A stretch of DNA of 64,000 nucleotides, from the NCBI GenBank assembly GCA_034413595.1, contig DAOUMC010000025.1, forward strand, positions 999 through 64,998, read 5' to 3'. Both the position numbers and the translations under genes were made by a program. This stretch comes from Dehalococcoidales bacterium. GTDB taxonomy: Bacteria > Chloroflexota > Dehalococcoidia > Dehalococcoidales > JAUWZL01. The stretch's first letter is position 1. The number at the start of each line of letters is the position of its first letter. Below the pieces are notes generated by a model. The model had not been told where the DNA came from. It worked only from the letters and a program-made list of their open reading frames with translations, and did not search any database. This document shows positions 29,523 to 39,912 of the stretch, in pieces.

Positions 29523-30053
29523 CTATGCCTCCTTAAATCTGACCAGCTTTGCCCCGAGCACCTTTTCCATGTGTTCCAGGGCGAACCGGTGCGCCCTCTC
29601 ATCAGGGGAGGCGACACAGTCAACCGGAACCTCAACACGGTAATCGCGGTTCCTGGCGTCGGCTACGGTGTGCATCACACAGATATTGGTCAGCACGCCG
29701 CATCCAATAATCTTATCCGGCTTGAGCTCTTTCAGCCTGGCATCAAGCGGCGTGTTGAAAAAGGCGCTGTAGCGTTTTTTGGGGATTATTTCCCCGGTAT
29801 ATGTGGCAAGCTCGGGAATCACTTCGGCTTCGGGGGTGCCGGCGATGCAGTGCGGAGGAAACATCTCAAACTCAAGGTCATCCGGGTCATGGTTGTCGCA
29901 GATGAAAAAGACCGTTGAACCCAGTTCAAGCTCCCTTTCCAGAAGCCCCTGAATGTTTGGTATTATCTGGCGGGCGTTGTCACCCACATAAAGCGGGTGA
30001 CCCGCTTCCAGAAAACCCCTGAGCATGTCAATTACCAGAACTGCGTTAGCCAT
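29523..30053 (-). CDS. pncA: Cysteine hydrolase, probably nicotinamidase
   Basis: VIDM..GF, DxH, PPHC, K, TNICV catalytic triad; neighbour of pncB. Confidence 0.75.
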   Translation of the reverse strand: MANAVLVIDMLRGFLEAGHPLYVGDNARQIIPNIQGLLERELELGSTVFFICDNHDPDDLEFEMFPPHCIAGTPEAEVIPELATYTGEIIPKKRYSAFFNTPLDARLKELKPDKIIGCGVLTNICVMHTVADARNRDYRVEVPVDCVASPDERAHRFALEHMEKVLGAKLVRFKEA

Positions 30054-30078
30054 ACATCCTTTTGAGGTTGCTTGCCAA

Positions 30079-30162
30079 CCTCACCCCCTTTAATCCCCCT
30101 ATCCTTCTCAAGGGAAGGGGAAATAGATGGAAGAGGGGGCTAATGCCCCTCTTAGACACCCC
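30079..30162. repeat. REP-like double-hairpin element between pncA and purH
   Basis: CCCCTaTCCTT-CTC-AAGGgAAGGGG and AAGAGGGG-gctaatg-CCCCTCTTAGACACCCC. Confidence 0.7.
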
Positions 30163-30163
30163 A

Positions 30164-31699
30164 CTAGTGCAAGAAGTGCCTGATACCGGTAAAGACCATG
30201 GCTATGTTGTGCTTGTCGGCGGCCCTGATAGAGTCCTCGTCCCTTATGGAGCCTCCGGGCTGGATGATGGCCGTCACTCCGCCCTCGGCCGCCTGCTCCA
30301 CGCTGTCCGGAAAGGGGAACATGGCGTCAGAAGCCATAACGCTGCCCTTGGACTTCTCCCCGGCCTTGGCTTTGGCGATAAAGACACTGACCACGCGGTT
30401 GGGCTGCCCGGCACCCATCCCCACCAGAGTCTTGTCCTTGACCAGTGCGATGGCATTGGACTTGACGTGCTTTACCGCCCGCCAGGCAAACATCAGGTCT
30501 TCGAGCTCATCCTGGGTTGGCGCCCGCCTGGTGACCGTTCTCAGGTTGCTTATATCCTCGTCTAAAATGTCCGCGGTCTGGACGAGAAGTCCACCCTTTA
30601 CCCGGCGATAATCAAGGTAGCCGGTTGAGGTGGCGGGGGGTAATTCGGTCTTGAGAATGCGCAGGTTTTTCTTCCTTTTCAACTCCTCAAGGGCGGCGGT
30701 TTCGTAATCGGGCGCAATCACTATTTCATAAAAGTTCTGGCTCATCTCCTGGGCCATACCCAGGTTGACCATCCGGTTGCAGGCGACGATGCCACCGAAG
30801 GCCGACACCGGGTCACCGCTGAAAGCCCGCCGGTAAGCCTCGTCGATGTCGGGGTGACTGGCCAGACCGCAGGGGTTGGTATGCTTGACGATGGCCACTG
30901 TGGCCTGGGCAAAGTCAGTGGCGGCTCTCCAGGCGGCGTCTGCGTCCAGGATATTGTTGAAAGACAGCTCCTTACCCCATAGCTGTTCTGCCCAGGTTAT
31001 GCCGGTGTCCTGTCTATCGGTGACAGTCTGCTCGGCATAGAAGGCAGCCTGCTGGTGGGGGTTCTCGCCGTAGCGCAGGTCTTGGCGCTTCTTCAGGGCT
31101 ATGGTCATCTCCTCAGGGAATCTGTCCATACCCTGTCTAAGGTACTGGGAGATGGCGGTGTCATAGCCGGCGACATGCTGGAAAGCCTTCTGGGCCAGCT
31201 GTTTCCGGCTGTCAAGGTCCAGGTCTCCCTGCTTCAGCTTCTCCAGGACTGGCTGATAGTCGGCCGGGTCGACTATCACAATAACGCCGGAGAAGTTCTT
31301 AGCCGCCGCTCGGAGCATGGTCGGGCCGCCGATATCAATGTTTTCCAGCGCCTCGTCAAGGGTTACGCCCTCCCGGGACACCGTCTCCAGGAAGGGGTAA
31401 AGATTGACCGCCACCAGGTCTATCGGCTTGATTTTGTTCTTGTCCAGCTCTTTCATGTGCTCTGGTTGGTTGCGCCTGGCCAGCAGCCCGCCGTGAATAG
31501 CCGGGTGCAGGGTCTTTACTCTGCCGCCCAGGATTTCGGGGAAGCCGGTGATTTCGGAGACACTTTTTACCGCTACCTTGGCTTCTGATAGCACTTTCTT
31601 GGTGCCGCCGGTGCTGAAAATTTTAAATCCCATCTGGCTCAGGTCGCGGGCAAAGTCGGTTACCCCGGTCTTGTTGGATACGCTGATGATGGCTCTCAT
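30164..31699 (-). CDS. purH: Bifunctional AICAR transformylase / IMP cyclohydrolase
   Basis: STGGT, GGRVKTLHP, ENIDIGG, LRYGENPHQ, KHTNPCG, KSNAI, GAGQ, SDAMFPFPD. Confidence 0.98.
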   Translation of the reverse strand: MRAIISVSNKTGVTDFARDLSQMGFKIFSTGGTKKVLSEAKVAVKSVSEITGFPEILGGRVKTLHPAIHGGLLARRNQPEHMKELDKNKIKPIDLVAVNLYPFLETVSREGVTLDEALENIDIGGPTMLRAAAKNFSGVIVIVDPADYQPVLEKLKQGDLDLDSRKQLAQKAFQHVAGYDTAISQYLRQGMDRFPEEMTIALKKRQDLRYGENPHQQAAFYAEQTVTDRQDTGITWAEQLWGKELSFNNILDADAAWRAATDFAQATVAIVKHTNPCGLASHPDIDEAYRRAFSGDPVSAFGGIVACNRMVNLGMAQEMSQNFYEIVIAPDYETAALEELKRKKNLRILKTELPPATSTGYLDYRRVKGGLLVQTADILDEDISNLRTVTRRAPTQDELEDLMFAWRAVKHVKSNAIALVKDKTLVGMGAGQPNRVVSVFIAKAKAGEKSKGSVMASDAMFPFPDSVEQAAEGGVTAIIQPGGSIRDEDSIRAADKHNIAMVFTGIRHFLH

Positions 31700-31730
31700 T
31701 AAAAACCTCCGTTTTTATATTGAATTAGCT

Positions 31731-32711
31731 CTATGCAACGACTGCCCTTGTCTTCCCCTTCTGCTTCACCACCTCACCAATAATTTTTGCCTCGGGCAGT
31801 TGTCTGGTTATCTCATCAACACTGGCCTGTGAGCAGATGAGCACCATCCCTATGCCCATATTAAATACGCGGTACATCTCATCTGTGTCTACCTTGCCTT
31901 GATTCTGGACTAGCTGGAAGATGGGTGGCACCACCCACGACTTGGAGTCAAATCTGGCTGTCAAACCCTCAGGCAGAATGCGGGGCACGTTGCCCGGCAG
32001 ACCGCCTCCGGTGATGTGCGCCATTCCCTTAATCAGTGGTAACAATGGTTTTAACTGGCGGTAGTAACAGCGGTGGGGCTCAAGAAGCTCTTCGCCCAGA
32101 GCCCGCCCCAGTTCGGGATAGAATGTGGCCAGTGGCTCCGGGCTGGTGCCGAATATTTTGCGTACCAGGGAGTAACCGTTGGTGTGCAGCCCGCTTGAAG
32201 CCAAGCCGATGATAGCGTCTCCAGCCGCAATCGTCTTTCCGGTAATGACCCTGTCCTTTTCCACGGCACCGATGATAAAGCCCGCCAGGTCGTAGTCCTC
32301 GCCGACATAAAGCCCGGGCATCTCGGCGGTCTCGCCGCCGATGAGGGCACAGCCGACCTCCCGGCAAGCCCTTGACAACCCCTGGACAATAGCCTCTACC
32401 CTTTCCGGTATCAGCCGGCCCATGGCGATGTAGTCCAGAAAGAAGAGCGGCTCGGCGCCACAGGTGAGGATGTCATTGACGCAGTGGTTGACGATGTCAA
32501 TGCCTATGGTGTCATGCCTTCCCAGGGCACCGGCAATCTTGAGCTTGGTGCCGACGCCGTCAACACTGGATACCAGCACCGGCTGGCTAAAGCCTTTAAG
32601 CTCGAAGATGCCGCCGAAGGGCCCGGGGCCGACCAGGACCTCGGGACGCAGGGTGCTCTGGGCGTGTCGCTTAATCAACTCCTTGACTTTATCGGCGGCA
32701 TCAATGTTCAC
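31731..32711 (-). CDS. purM: Phosphoribosylformylglycinamidine cyclo-ligase
   Basis: DGVGTK, HCVND, EPLFFLDY, GGETAEMP, SSGLHTNGYSL, HITGGG, FNMGIG. Start may lie slightly upstream. Confidence 0.97.
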   Translation of the reverse strand: MNIDAADKVKELIKRHAQSTLRPEVLVGPGPFGGIFELKGFSQPVLVSSVDGVGTKLKIAGALGRHDTIGIDIVNHCVNDILTCGAEPLFFLDYIAMGRLIPERVEAIVQGLSRACREVGCALIGGETAEMPGLYVGEDYDLAGFIIGAVEKDRVITGKTIAAGDAIIGLASSGLHTNGYSLVRKIFGTSPEPLATFYPELGRALGEELLEPHRCYYRQLKPLLPLIKGMAHITGGGLPGNVPRILPEGLTARFDSKSWVVPPIFQLVQNQGKVDTDEMYRVFNMGIGMVLICSQASVDEITRQLPEAKIIGEVVKQKGKTRAVVA

Positions 32712-32759
32712 GCCAGCGGCGGCATAGGTCTCTTTGATTGGCTCACCTCCTGAAGATGC

Positions 32760-32969
32760 TCACCACTTGCCAAACCACTTCCCCCGGCTGGCGGCGGCGG
32801 CCAGGGGGGCTATGATAATCCAGAGGCTGATAGTTATCAACATGGCCATGGCGTAGCTTATTGTTCCTCCGCCGAATTTGGGAGCGATGACACCCCACAA
32901 CAGCATGGTGAAGAGAGAACTCAAAAAGAAGCCGGGTATGGCTGCCCCGAATATCAGTCCACAGCCCAT
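32760..32969 (-). CDS. Small two-TM membrane protein (69 aa)
   Basis: AGGAGG SD before ATG 32969; MGCGLIFGAAIPGFFLSSLF...; two hydrophobic helices. Confidence 0.65.
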   Translation of the reverse strand: MGCGLIFGAAIPGFFLSSLFTMLLWGVIAPKFGGGTISYAMAMLITISLWIIIAPLAAAASRGKWFGKW

Positions 32970-33095
32970 AGCAAACCTCCTCTTGCTGACGTTTGGCGAG
33001 TCTATGAGTTTTAATAATAGCACCCAGCAGATTGTGTTGGCAACAGTGCTGTTGTTTAATGGTAATGTGCCTATTGACACTTTTTATGACTATAC

Positions 33096-33124
33096 TTGAC
33101 AAATGAGCATATAATTGTTATAAA
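33096..33124 (+). promoter_or_regulatory. Sigma70-type promoter for the 33178 gene
   Basis: TTGACA-17 nt-TATAAA, followed by AAGGAGG SD. Confidence 0.65.
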
Positions 33125-33177
33125 ATATATTTACGCGATTTCAGTCTGCGTAAATTCGCTAAAGGAGGGTCTGAGCG

Positions 33178-33912
33178 ATGGACTTCAATGAACTTTCTTG
33201 GGCGGCGGTCTGCTTCTATTACCGGTCGGCCGGCGATAAGAAGTATGCCCGGATTATGAGGGATACCAAATTTATTTCCAAACTCAGGCAAAAACCACAT
33301 GAGCTCAGCCCCAAGGAATTTGAAGAAAGAGTGCTTTTGGACCATGTCAACATCCAAAACTACGACCTGCTTATCGGGAACCGCCTGGCCGAGAGTGTTC
33401 TGACCAAGATAGTCGAACTACAGCCAGAGATATCAGCTCTGCAGAGTGTTGCCCTGTTGGATTGTGACCTTGATGACGAACATTTTACCCAGAAAATAAG
33501 AAAGATATACGCCGGCCTTTATTCAATTCCTGGTTTGTGGCTGACCGGTGTCTCAAAAATCGCCCATCTCTTAAACGAAAGGCTGCTGGCGATACTGAAT
33601 TTAGACATATCGGACTACTTCGGGCTTCTGGAAGACAATACCAACCTGGTCGCCTGGCTCAAACTGGTGAAGAAAAACGCCCGGGAAGTCACCGCAGACT
33701 TTCATGAACTGGGGATTCCCGGCACACCCGAGAAATTCCTTTCCCAGAAATTAGGGTACATTGATGATGGGTATGAGAAATCGCTGGTAAAGTTTTTGGA
33801 CGAATACTTCTGGTTACGCTTCGGGGACGGCCTGCCTATTCCACCCCGGTGGGTACCACCGCTTTCGCAGTTGTCAGAGCTGGGGATGAAGGGTGGAGAT
33901 GGGGTTACCTAG
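33178..33912 (+). CDS. Hypothetical protein, possibly HhH-glycosylase-like fold
   Basis: 244 aa with own promoter and SD; helical; IPGLWLTGVSKIAHLLN motif. Confidence 0.65.
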   Translation: MDFNELSWAAVCFYYRSAGDKKYARIMRDTKFISKLRQKPHELSPKEFEERVLLDHVNIQNYDLLIGNRLAESVLTKIVELQPEISALQSVALLDCDLDDEHFTQKIRKIYAGLYSIPGLWLTGVSKIAHLLNERLLAILNLDISDYFGLLEDNTNLVAWLKLVKKNAREVTADFHELGIPGTPEKFLSQKLGYIDDGYEKSLVKFLDEYFWLRFGDGLPIPPRWVPPLSQLSELGMKGGDGVT

Positions 33913-35309
33913 CTGGTCTTCGGCTGGGCTGTCTCCAGCGCCAGCTTGTCCATCTCCAGCTGCACCGGCATGGGGTATTCGCCGGTGAAGCAGGCGAGGC
34001 AGAAGATGTCCCTGGGCAGGGCCACCGCCTTAATCAGCCCGTCGATGCTGAGATAGCCCAGTGAATCGGCGCCGATAAAGTCCCTTATCCCGGGAACGCT
34101 CTTCTGGGCGGCGATGAGTTCCCAGCGGGTAGCCATGTCTACCCCAAGGAAACAGGGGTAGCGGATGGGTGGAGCGCAGACACGCATGTGGACTTCCTTA
34201 GCCCCGCCTTTCCTGAGTAGCCTGATTACCTTGGGCGTGGTGGTGCCGCGGACGATGCTGTCATCCACCAGGACCACCCGCTTGCCGTCCAGTAGCTGCC
34301 GCAGGGGATTAAACTTCAGCTTAACGCCCAGGTCTCTTATCCGCTGGTCGGGCTCAATGAAGGTGCGCCCCATGTAGCGGTTCTTAATCAAGCCCTCGCC
34401 CGGCGGTATGCCCGACTTCAGGGCATAGCCAACGCCGGCTACGGTAGCCGAATCAGGCACCCCGACGACCAGGTCGGCCTCCACCGGGTACTCTTCCGCC
34501 AGTCCGGCGCCCATAGCCTGCCTGGCCGAGTAGAGCAGGCGGCCATTGATTATGCTATCGGGGCGGGAGAAGTAGATATACTCAAAGATACACAGCGCCC
34601 TTTTCTCTGTTTCCGTCTGGCAGCTGTCAATGCCATTCTTATTGACGGTGACTATCTCACCGGGTTCAATCTCCCGGACAAAATCGGCGCCGATATGGTT
34701 TAAGGCACAGCTCTCCGAGGCTATCACCCGGCTGCCGTTGCCAATCTTTCCCAGGCACAGCGGGCGGACACCAAAGGGGTCACGAACGCCGAAGAGGGTA
34801 TCCTTCACCATGATGACCAGCGAGTAGGCCCCCTGGAGCCGGCGCATGGCGTACCTTATCCTGCCCAGCCATTCCTTCTCGGTTGAGGACAGGATGAGGT
34901 TAGCGATAACTTCGGTGTCGGTAGAGGTGTGGAAGGTGTACCCCTGGTCTGATAGCTCTTTATACAAGGGTTCGGCATTGGTGATGTTGCCATTGTGGGC
35001 GATGGCCAGAGCATTTGAGCCCTCGCCGACAATGAGGGGCTGGACGTTGCCAATCCGGCTGGAGCCCCGGGTGGAGTAACGGTTGTGGCCGATAGCTATG
35101 TGCCCGGTGAGCTTAGCCAGTGACTCCTCGTCAAACACCTGGGATACCAGCCCCATCCTGGCATAGACCTGGAGCCTCTTGCCGTCTGTGGTGGCGATAC
35201 CGGCGCTCTCCTGCCCCCGGTGCTGGAGGGCAAATAGAGCAAAAAAGGTAAGCCTGGCTATATCTTCGTTGGGAGCATAGATGCCAAAGACACCACAAGC
35301 TTCGCGCAA
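33909..35309 (-). CDS. purF: Amidophosphoribosyltransferase
   Basis: REACGVFG, LQHRGQESAG, GHNRYST, HNGNI, CIFEYIYFSRPDS, LVDDSIVRGTT, CLAC. Confidence 0.98.
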   Translation of the reverse strand: MREACGVFGIYAPNEDIARLTFFALFALQHRGQESAGIATTDGKRLQVYARMGLVSQVFDEESLAKLTGHIAIGHNRYSTRGSSRIGNVQPLIVGEGSNALAIAHNGNITNAEPLYKELSDQGYTFHTSTDTEVIANLILSSTEKEWLGRIRYAMRRLQGAYSLVIMVKDTLFGVRDPFGVRPLCLGKIGNGSRVIASESCALNHIGADFVREIEPGEIVTVNKNGIDSCQTETEKRALCIFEYIYFSRPDSIINGRLLYSARQAMGAGLAEEYPVEADLVVGVPDSATVAGVGYALKSGIPPGEGLIKNRYMGRTFIEPDQRIRDLGVKLKFNPLRQLLDGKRVVLVDDSIVRGTTTPKVIRLLRKGGAKEVHMRVCAPPIRYPCFLGVDMATRWELIAAQKSVPGIRDFIGADSLGYLSIDGLIKAVALPRDIFCLACFTGEYPMPVQLEMDKLALETAQPKTS

Positions 35310-35411
35310 ATCTTCTCCTCTTAAATCCCCGGTGAGTAAGCTAGCTCAGCCAGTATCATTATAGGCAATAAACTACTCACAGTCAAACCATCTCGCCTTG
35401 TCAAAAACGCT

Positions 35412-36107
35412 TTAGAGGTTTATGCCCAGGGCATTGAATATACCCCGCAGGCCGAAGTAGCCGGCATAGGCGATGCTGGTGACCTTGATAAACTTGCCGG
35501 CAAAGGTGATGAACATATATCTCCAGATGCCGAAGCGGATGGCACCGCAGGCCAGGGCCGCCGGGTAATAAAAGGGGTTCATTATGGCCGATAGTGCGAA
35601 AAGTGCCCACGAACCCCTTCTCTTCATCAGGCGCATCAGCCACAGATAGGCTCTCTTTGTCCTGCCAGCCTCGGCGTTGGCCAGAGGCGTGCCACTGGTG
35701 TAGCCGGTGAGGTATATAGCCAGGCCGCCCAGGGTCTCGCCCAGGCCGCAGATGAGACCTACAAATACCGGGCCGGCGAGGTTGGGCCCGAACAGTGGCC
35801 TCAGCACCCCGCCCAGAGCGAACTGCACCGCCAGCATGGGTACCGGGATAACGATGGTGGCCCCGCCCAGGGCACTGATGAAAAAACCTCCTAGGTAACC
35901 ATAGCCAGCCAGTTTCTGGATAGACTCCCAGCTGAAGATGATGATTATGGCTAGGCCAAAGGTTATGGCAACAGTTATGATGCCAACCCAGAATTCCCAT
36001 CTCTTGAGGGCAGACTTAAACTTGCTTGGGCGGCTGAAAGTATTATTATCCACTTCTACCTGCTCTGACAGCCCGGCTTTTAGCTGCTCTGGTTTTCTTG
36101 ATGGCAA
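35412..36107 (-). CDS. VTT/DedA-like (SNARE-associated) membrane protein
   Basis: GYLGGFFIS, ATIVIPVP, GETLGG..IY..G, NPFY...AL..GA, GKFIK. Start uncertain; overlaps the clpC 3' end. Confidence 0.75.
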   Translation of the reverse strand: MPSRKPEQLKAGLSEQVEVDNNTFSRPSKFKSALKRWEFWVGIITVAITFGLAIIIIFSWESIQKLAGYGYLGGFFISALGGATIVIPVPMLAVQFALGGVLRPLFGPNLAGPVFVGLICGLGETLGGLAIYLTGYTSGTPLANAEAGRTKRAYLWLMRLMKRRGSWALFALSAIMNPFYYPAALACGAIRFGIWRYMFITFAGKFIKVTSIAYAGYFGLRGIFNALGINL

Positions 36108-38526
36108 AAGTCAAACCATCAGGCCCGCGGTCGACGATGATAGTATCACCCGGGCTAAACTCACCTCTCAGGAGCTTGCTGGACAGAGGATTTTCTACAT
36201 TCTGCTCAATGGCCCGTCTCAGCGGCCGGGCGCCATAGGTCGGGTCATAGCCGACTTCAGCCAGCCACGATTTGGCCCCATCGGTTATCTCGATGGTCAG
36301 CTTGCGGTCGGACAGACGTCTCTGTAACTCCTGTATCATCAGGTCAACCACCTGCCTGAGCTGCTCCTGGGTCAGCTCGTGGAAGACTATGATTTCGTCT
36401 ATGCGGTTGAGGAACTCGGGGCGGAAGGTTTTTCTGACCTCGGCTATCACCTTTTCCTTCATCCGCTCATAGCTTGACTTACGGGCTTTGCCTACATCCT
36501 TTTGGACGGCGAAACCCAAGGTGGTCTCCCGCTTGATGAGCTCCACTCCGGCGTTTGAGGTCATAATGACCACGGCGTTCTTGAAGTCCACCGTCCGCCC
36601 GTGACCGTCGGTCAGGCGCCCGTCGTCAAGCACCTGAAGCAGAGTATTAAACACCTCGGGGTGCGCCTTTTCAATCTCATCCAGCAGAATCACCCGGTAT
36701 GGACGTCGCCTCACCAGCTCGGTGAGCTGTCCTCCCTCATCGTAGCCGACGTAGCCCGGCGGGGCGCCAATCAGGCGTGAAACAGTGTGCCTCTCCTGGT
36801 ATTCTGACATGTCTAGGCGCACCATGGCGTTCTCATCACCGAAGAGAAACCATGCCAGTGTCCTCGCCAGCTCGGTCTTGCCGACGCCGGTGGGACCGAG
36901 GAACATGAAGCTGCCGATGGGCCGGCGCGGGTCTTTAAATCCAGCCCGGCTCCTTCTGATAGCCTCTGACACAGCTTTGACGGCTTCTTCCTGGTCTATC
37001 AGGCGCTCGTGAATGCGCTCTTCCATATGGACGAGTTTTTCGGCTTCTCCCTCCATCATCTGAGACACCGGGATACCCGTCCAGTTAGCCACCAGCCGGG
37101 CGATGTCTTCCTCTCTGACCACCTTTTCAATCTTCTCCTTCTGGAGCCACTGGCTCTTGGCCCGATTGTACTCCTCGTCTAGGCGCAGCCTTTCCGCCCG
37201 CAGCTGGGCCGCCTGCTCGTAATCTTGTCTCTGCGAGGCCGCCTCTTCTTCGTTGGTCAGCTGCTTGAGGTGGTTTTCCAGCGACCTGACCTCTGGTGGC
37301 GCGCTCTCGGTCTCCAGGCGTATCTTTGAGGCGGCCTCGTCAATGAGGTCAATGGCCTTATCCGGCAGGTGCCGGTCGGCGATGTAGCGCTGGCTGAGAT
37401 AGACGGCCGCCTCCAGGGCTTCGTCGCTGATCTGAATCTTGTGATGAGCCTCGTATCTCGGCCTGAGGCCGCGCAGTATCTCAATGGTCGCTTTGGCATC
37501 GGGCTCGTTGATGAAGACCGGCTGAAGGCGCCGCTCCAGGGCCTTGTCCTTCTCAATGAACTTGCGGTAGTCGTCCAGGGTGGTGGCGCCGATACACTGC
37601 AACTCGCCGTGAGCCAGGGCCGGTTTGAGCATATTTGAGGCGTCCACCGAGCCCTCGGCGGCTCCGGCACCGACCACGGTGTGAATCTCGTCAATGAAGA
37701 GTATTACCTCTCCCTGGGCCTCCCTTACCTCGTCCATTACCGCCTTGAGCCGCTCCTCAAACTCGCCGCGGAACTTGCTGCCGGCTACCAACGCCCCCAT
37801 ATCCAGAGCCATCACCTTTCTTCCTCTTAACGACTCGGGGACATCACCGGCGGCGATCTTCTGGGCCACTCCCTCGGCGATGGCCGTCTTGCCGACCCCG
37901 GCTTCGCCGACTATTACCGGGTTATTCTTGGTCCTGCGGGTGAGTATCTGCATCACCCGCTTGATCTCCTCCTCCCTTCCGATAACCGGGTCAAGCTTGC
38001 CTGCCCGGGCCAGCTCGGTCAGGTCACGGCTGTATTTGGCCAGGGAGCGGTACTTGCTCTCGGCCCTGGAGTCGGTAACCCGGTGGCCGCCCCTGATTTT
38101 TTGCAGGGCAAGATAGACCTTCTCCTGGTCAACACCGGCGGCGTGAAGTATCCTGGCGGCCTCACCACCCTGCTCTGCGCTGATGGCAATCAGCAGGTGC
38201 TCGGTGCCAATAAACTCGTCCTTGAGCCGGTTGGCTTCACTGGCTGCCGTCTCCAGGAGCTTGGCGACGCGCGGCGTGGCGTAAATCTGGATTGTCTCAT
38301 AGGTGACCTTGGCTGCTTTCTCCAGGGTGTCGGTCACCTGTCCTTTTATGTGGTCAACATCGGCGCCCAGTTCTTGCAAAATGTCGCCGACCAGCCCCTT
38401 CTCCTGCTGGAGCAGGGCTAGAAGTATATGTTCAACGTCCCACTGGGTGTGGTGAAACTGGCGCACCAGCTGCTGGGAATTAGCCAGCGCCTCCTGCGCC
38501 TGTTCGGTAAATCTCTCTTGCATCAT
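36046..38526 (-). CDS. clpC: ATP-dependent Clp protease ATP-binding subunit (ClpC type)
   Basis: Clp_N repeats, [14 protein letters not shown], short UVR-type middle domain, [23 protein letters not shown]. Confidence 0.93.
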   Translation of the reverse strand: MMQERFTEQAQEALANSQQLVRQFHHTQWDVEHILLALLQQEKGLVGDILQELGADVDHIKGQVTDTLEKAAKVTYETIQIYATPRVAKLLETAASEANRLKDEFIGTEHLLIAISAEQGGEAARILHAAGVDQEKVYLALQKIRGGHRVTDSRAESKYRSLAKYSRDLTELARAGKLDPVIGREEEIKRVMQILTRRTKNNPVIVGEAGVGKTAIAEGVAQKIAAGDVPESLRGRKVMALDMGALVAGSKFRGEFEERLKAVMDEVREAQGEVILFIDEIHTVVGAGAAEGSVDASNMLKPALAHGELQCIGATTLDDYRKFIEKDKALERRLQPVFINEPDAKATIEILRGLRPRYEAHHKIQISDEALEAAVYLSQRYIADRHLPDKAIDLIDEAASKIRLETESAPPEVRSLENHLKQLTNEEEAASQRQDYEQAAQLRAERLRLDEEYNRAKSQWLQKEKIEKVVREEDIARLVANWTGIPVSQMMEGEAEKLVHMEERIHERLIDQEEAVKAVSEAIRRSRAGFKDPRRPIGSFMFLGPTGVGKTELARTLAWFLFGDENAMVRLDMSEYQERHTVSRLIGAPPGYVGYDEGGQLTELVRRRPYRVILLDEIEKAHPEVFNTLLQVLDDGRLTDGHGRTVDFKNAVVIMTSNAGVELIKRETTLGFAVQKDVGKARKSSYERMKEKVIAEVRKTFRPEFLNRIDEIIVFHELTQEQLRQVVDLMIQELQRRLSDRKLTIEITDGAKSWLAEVGYDPTYGARPLRRAIEQNVENPLSSKLLRGEFSPGDTIIVDRGPDGLTFAIKKTRAAKSRAVRAGRSG

Positions 38527-38846
38527 GTTTTCTCCTTCTTTCCTAGCCTTGATAGTTCTGCCGCCAGCTCGTCCCTTTCGCTCTGTAGCTGGGTGATCTG
38601 CTGCAACATCCTCAGGATGACTTCTACACCGGCCAGGTTGACGCCCAGGTCTTCCATCAGCGTCCTCACCCGGCGTAGCAGCACCAGGTCTACGTCTGAA
38701 TAGAGCCGGATATTGCCCCGTGACCGGGCTGGCTTTATTATGCCCACCCTTTCATAGTAGCGCAAGGTGTAAGTCCGGGTGCCGAGCATCTCGGCGGCGA
38801 CACTTATTACATAGCGCGGTCTGGTATCCATAGTAACCCCCACCAA
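38523..38846 (-). CDS. hspR: MerR-family heat-shock repressor (HspR-like)
   Basis: YVISVAAEM, TLRYYERVG, RLYS..D, LGVNLAGV; sits between dnaJ and clpC. Confidence 0.75.
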   Translation of the reverse strand: MVGVTMDTRPRYVISVAAEMLGTRTYTLRYYERVGIIKPARSRGNIRLYSDVDLVLLRRVRTLMEDLGVNLAGVEVILRMLQQITQLQSERDELAAELSRLGKKEKT

Positions 38847-38850
38847 TCTT

Positions 38851-39849
38851 CTACTTGCTTCTTAGCTGGCTGAGTTTCTCGAATAGCTCTTTCTCTTCGG
38901 CAGACAGGCTGGTTGGCAGCACTACTTTCACCCTGGCTTTCAGGGCACCCCGGGTGGTCTTGCCCAGCAGGGGCATACCCTGACCGGCGAGGCGGAAGGT
39001 GCGTCCGTTCTGGGTCTCCGGCGGAATCTTCAGTGCCAGCTTCCCCTTCAGGGTGGGCACGCTGACCTCACCGCCAAGCATGGCCGTCACCAGCGGGACA
39101 TCCACGCTGACCAGCAGGTCGTCCTCCTGGCGCTCAAAAGTGGGGTGTGGCCTGACCGTGATGACCAGATAAAGGTCTCCCCTGGTGCCGCCATAACCCT
39201 CGCCACCCTTACCGGCGATACGCACTCGCGAGCCGGTTTTGACTCCGGCCGGAATCTTGACCTCAAGCTGTTTTACCCGGCTAACCACCCCCGACCCGCG
39301 ACATACCGAGCAGGCTGTGTTTTGTATCCGGCCGGTGCCGTGGCAGGTGGGGCAGGGCTCTTCAGCCTGAAGACCCAGGACCCGCCTGGTACCGGAGAAC
39401 GCCTCCTCCAACGTTACCTCAACCGGGTGCTCTATATCCTGTCCCCGCCTGGGACGGACACGGCGGGTGAAGGCGCCGGTCCTGCCACGCAGCAGCTCGT
39501 CAAGCAGGCTGCCAGCACTTTCATCACCAAAGTGGAAGGTCGTGGAGCCACCGCCAAAGATGTCCCTGAAATCAAAACCCTGGAAGGATGCCCCACCAGC
39601 ACCGGCTCCGGCGAACTGGTCGGCGTACTGCCACTGGTCGCCGAACTGGTCGTACTTCTTCCGCTTTTCCTTGTCGGAGAGAACTTCATAAGCTTCGTTT
39701 ATCTGCTTGAACTTCTCCTCGGCCGATTTATCACCCGGGTTGACATCGGGGTGGTACTTGCGGGCCAGCCTGCGGAAAGCCTGCTTTATCTCCTTATCAT
39801 CCGCATTGCGGTTAATACCTAGTATTCTATAGTAGTCTTTGGCTGCCAT
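38851..39849 (-). CDS. dnaJ: DnaJ-family (CbpA-like) co-chaperone with a half zinc finger
   Basis: KDYY, HPD motif, G/F region, two CxxCxGxG repeats, DnaJ_C. Start set at ATG 39849. Confidence 0.88.
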   Translation of the reverse strand: MAAKDYYRILGINRNADDKEIKQAFRRLARKYHPDVNPGDKSAEEKFKQINEAYEVLSDKEKRKKYDQFGDQWQYADQFAGAGAGGASFQGFDFRDIFGGGSTTFHFGDESAGSLLDELLRGRTGAFTRRVRPRRGQDIEHPVEVTLEEAFSGTRRVLGLQAEEPCPTCHGTGRIQNTACSVCRGSGVVSRVKQLEVKIPAGVKTGSRVRIAGKGGEGYGGTRGDLYLVITVRPHPTFERQEDDLLVSVDVPLVTAMLGGEVSVPTLKGKLALKIPPETQNGRTFRLAGQGMPLLGKTTRGALKARVKVVLPTSLSAEEKELFEKLSQLRSK

Positions 39850-39858
39850 CTCTATACC

Positions 39859-39912
39859 TGTCTGATTCAGACAAAACAGAATTATTATAATACCTTTTCT
39901 AATATCTGTCAA
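39859..39912 (-). promoter_or_regulatory. Consensus promoter of dnaJ-hspR-clpC with a downstream inverted repeat
   Basis: Minus strand TTGACA(39912-39907)-17 nt-TATAAT(39889-39884); palindrome TGTCTGA-T-TCAGACA at 39859-39873. Confidence 0.75.

Noticed and set aside
31700-35400. Purine, ZTP or PRPP riboswitches near purH, purM and purF
   Set aside because: The leaders are short or show no recognisable aptamer consensus by eye. An Rfam scan would be decisive.
38851-39849. DnaJ with only two CxxCxGxG repeats as a novel class
   Set aside because: Reduced-zinc-finger J proteins next to hspR/clp genes are a familiar variant.
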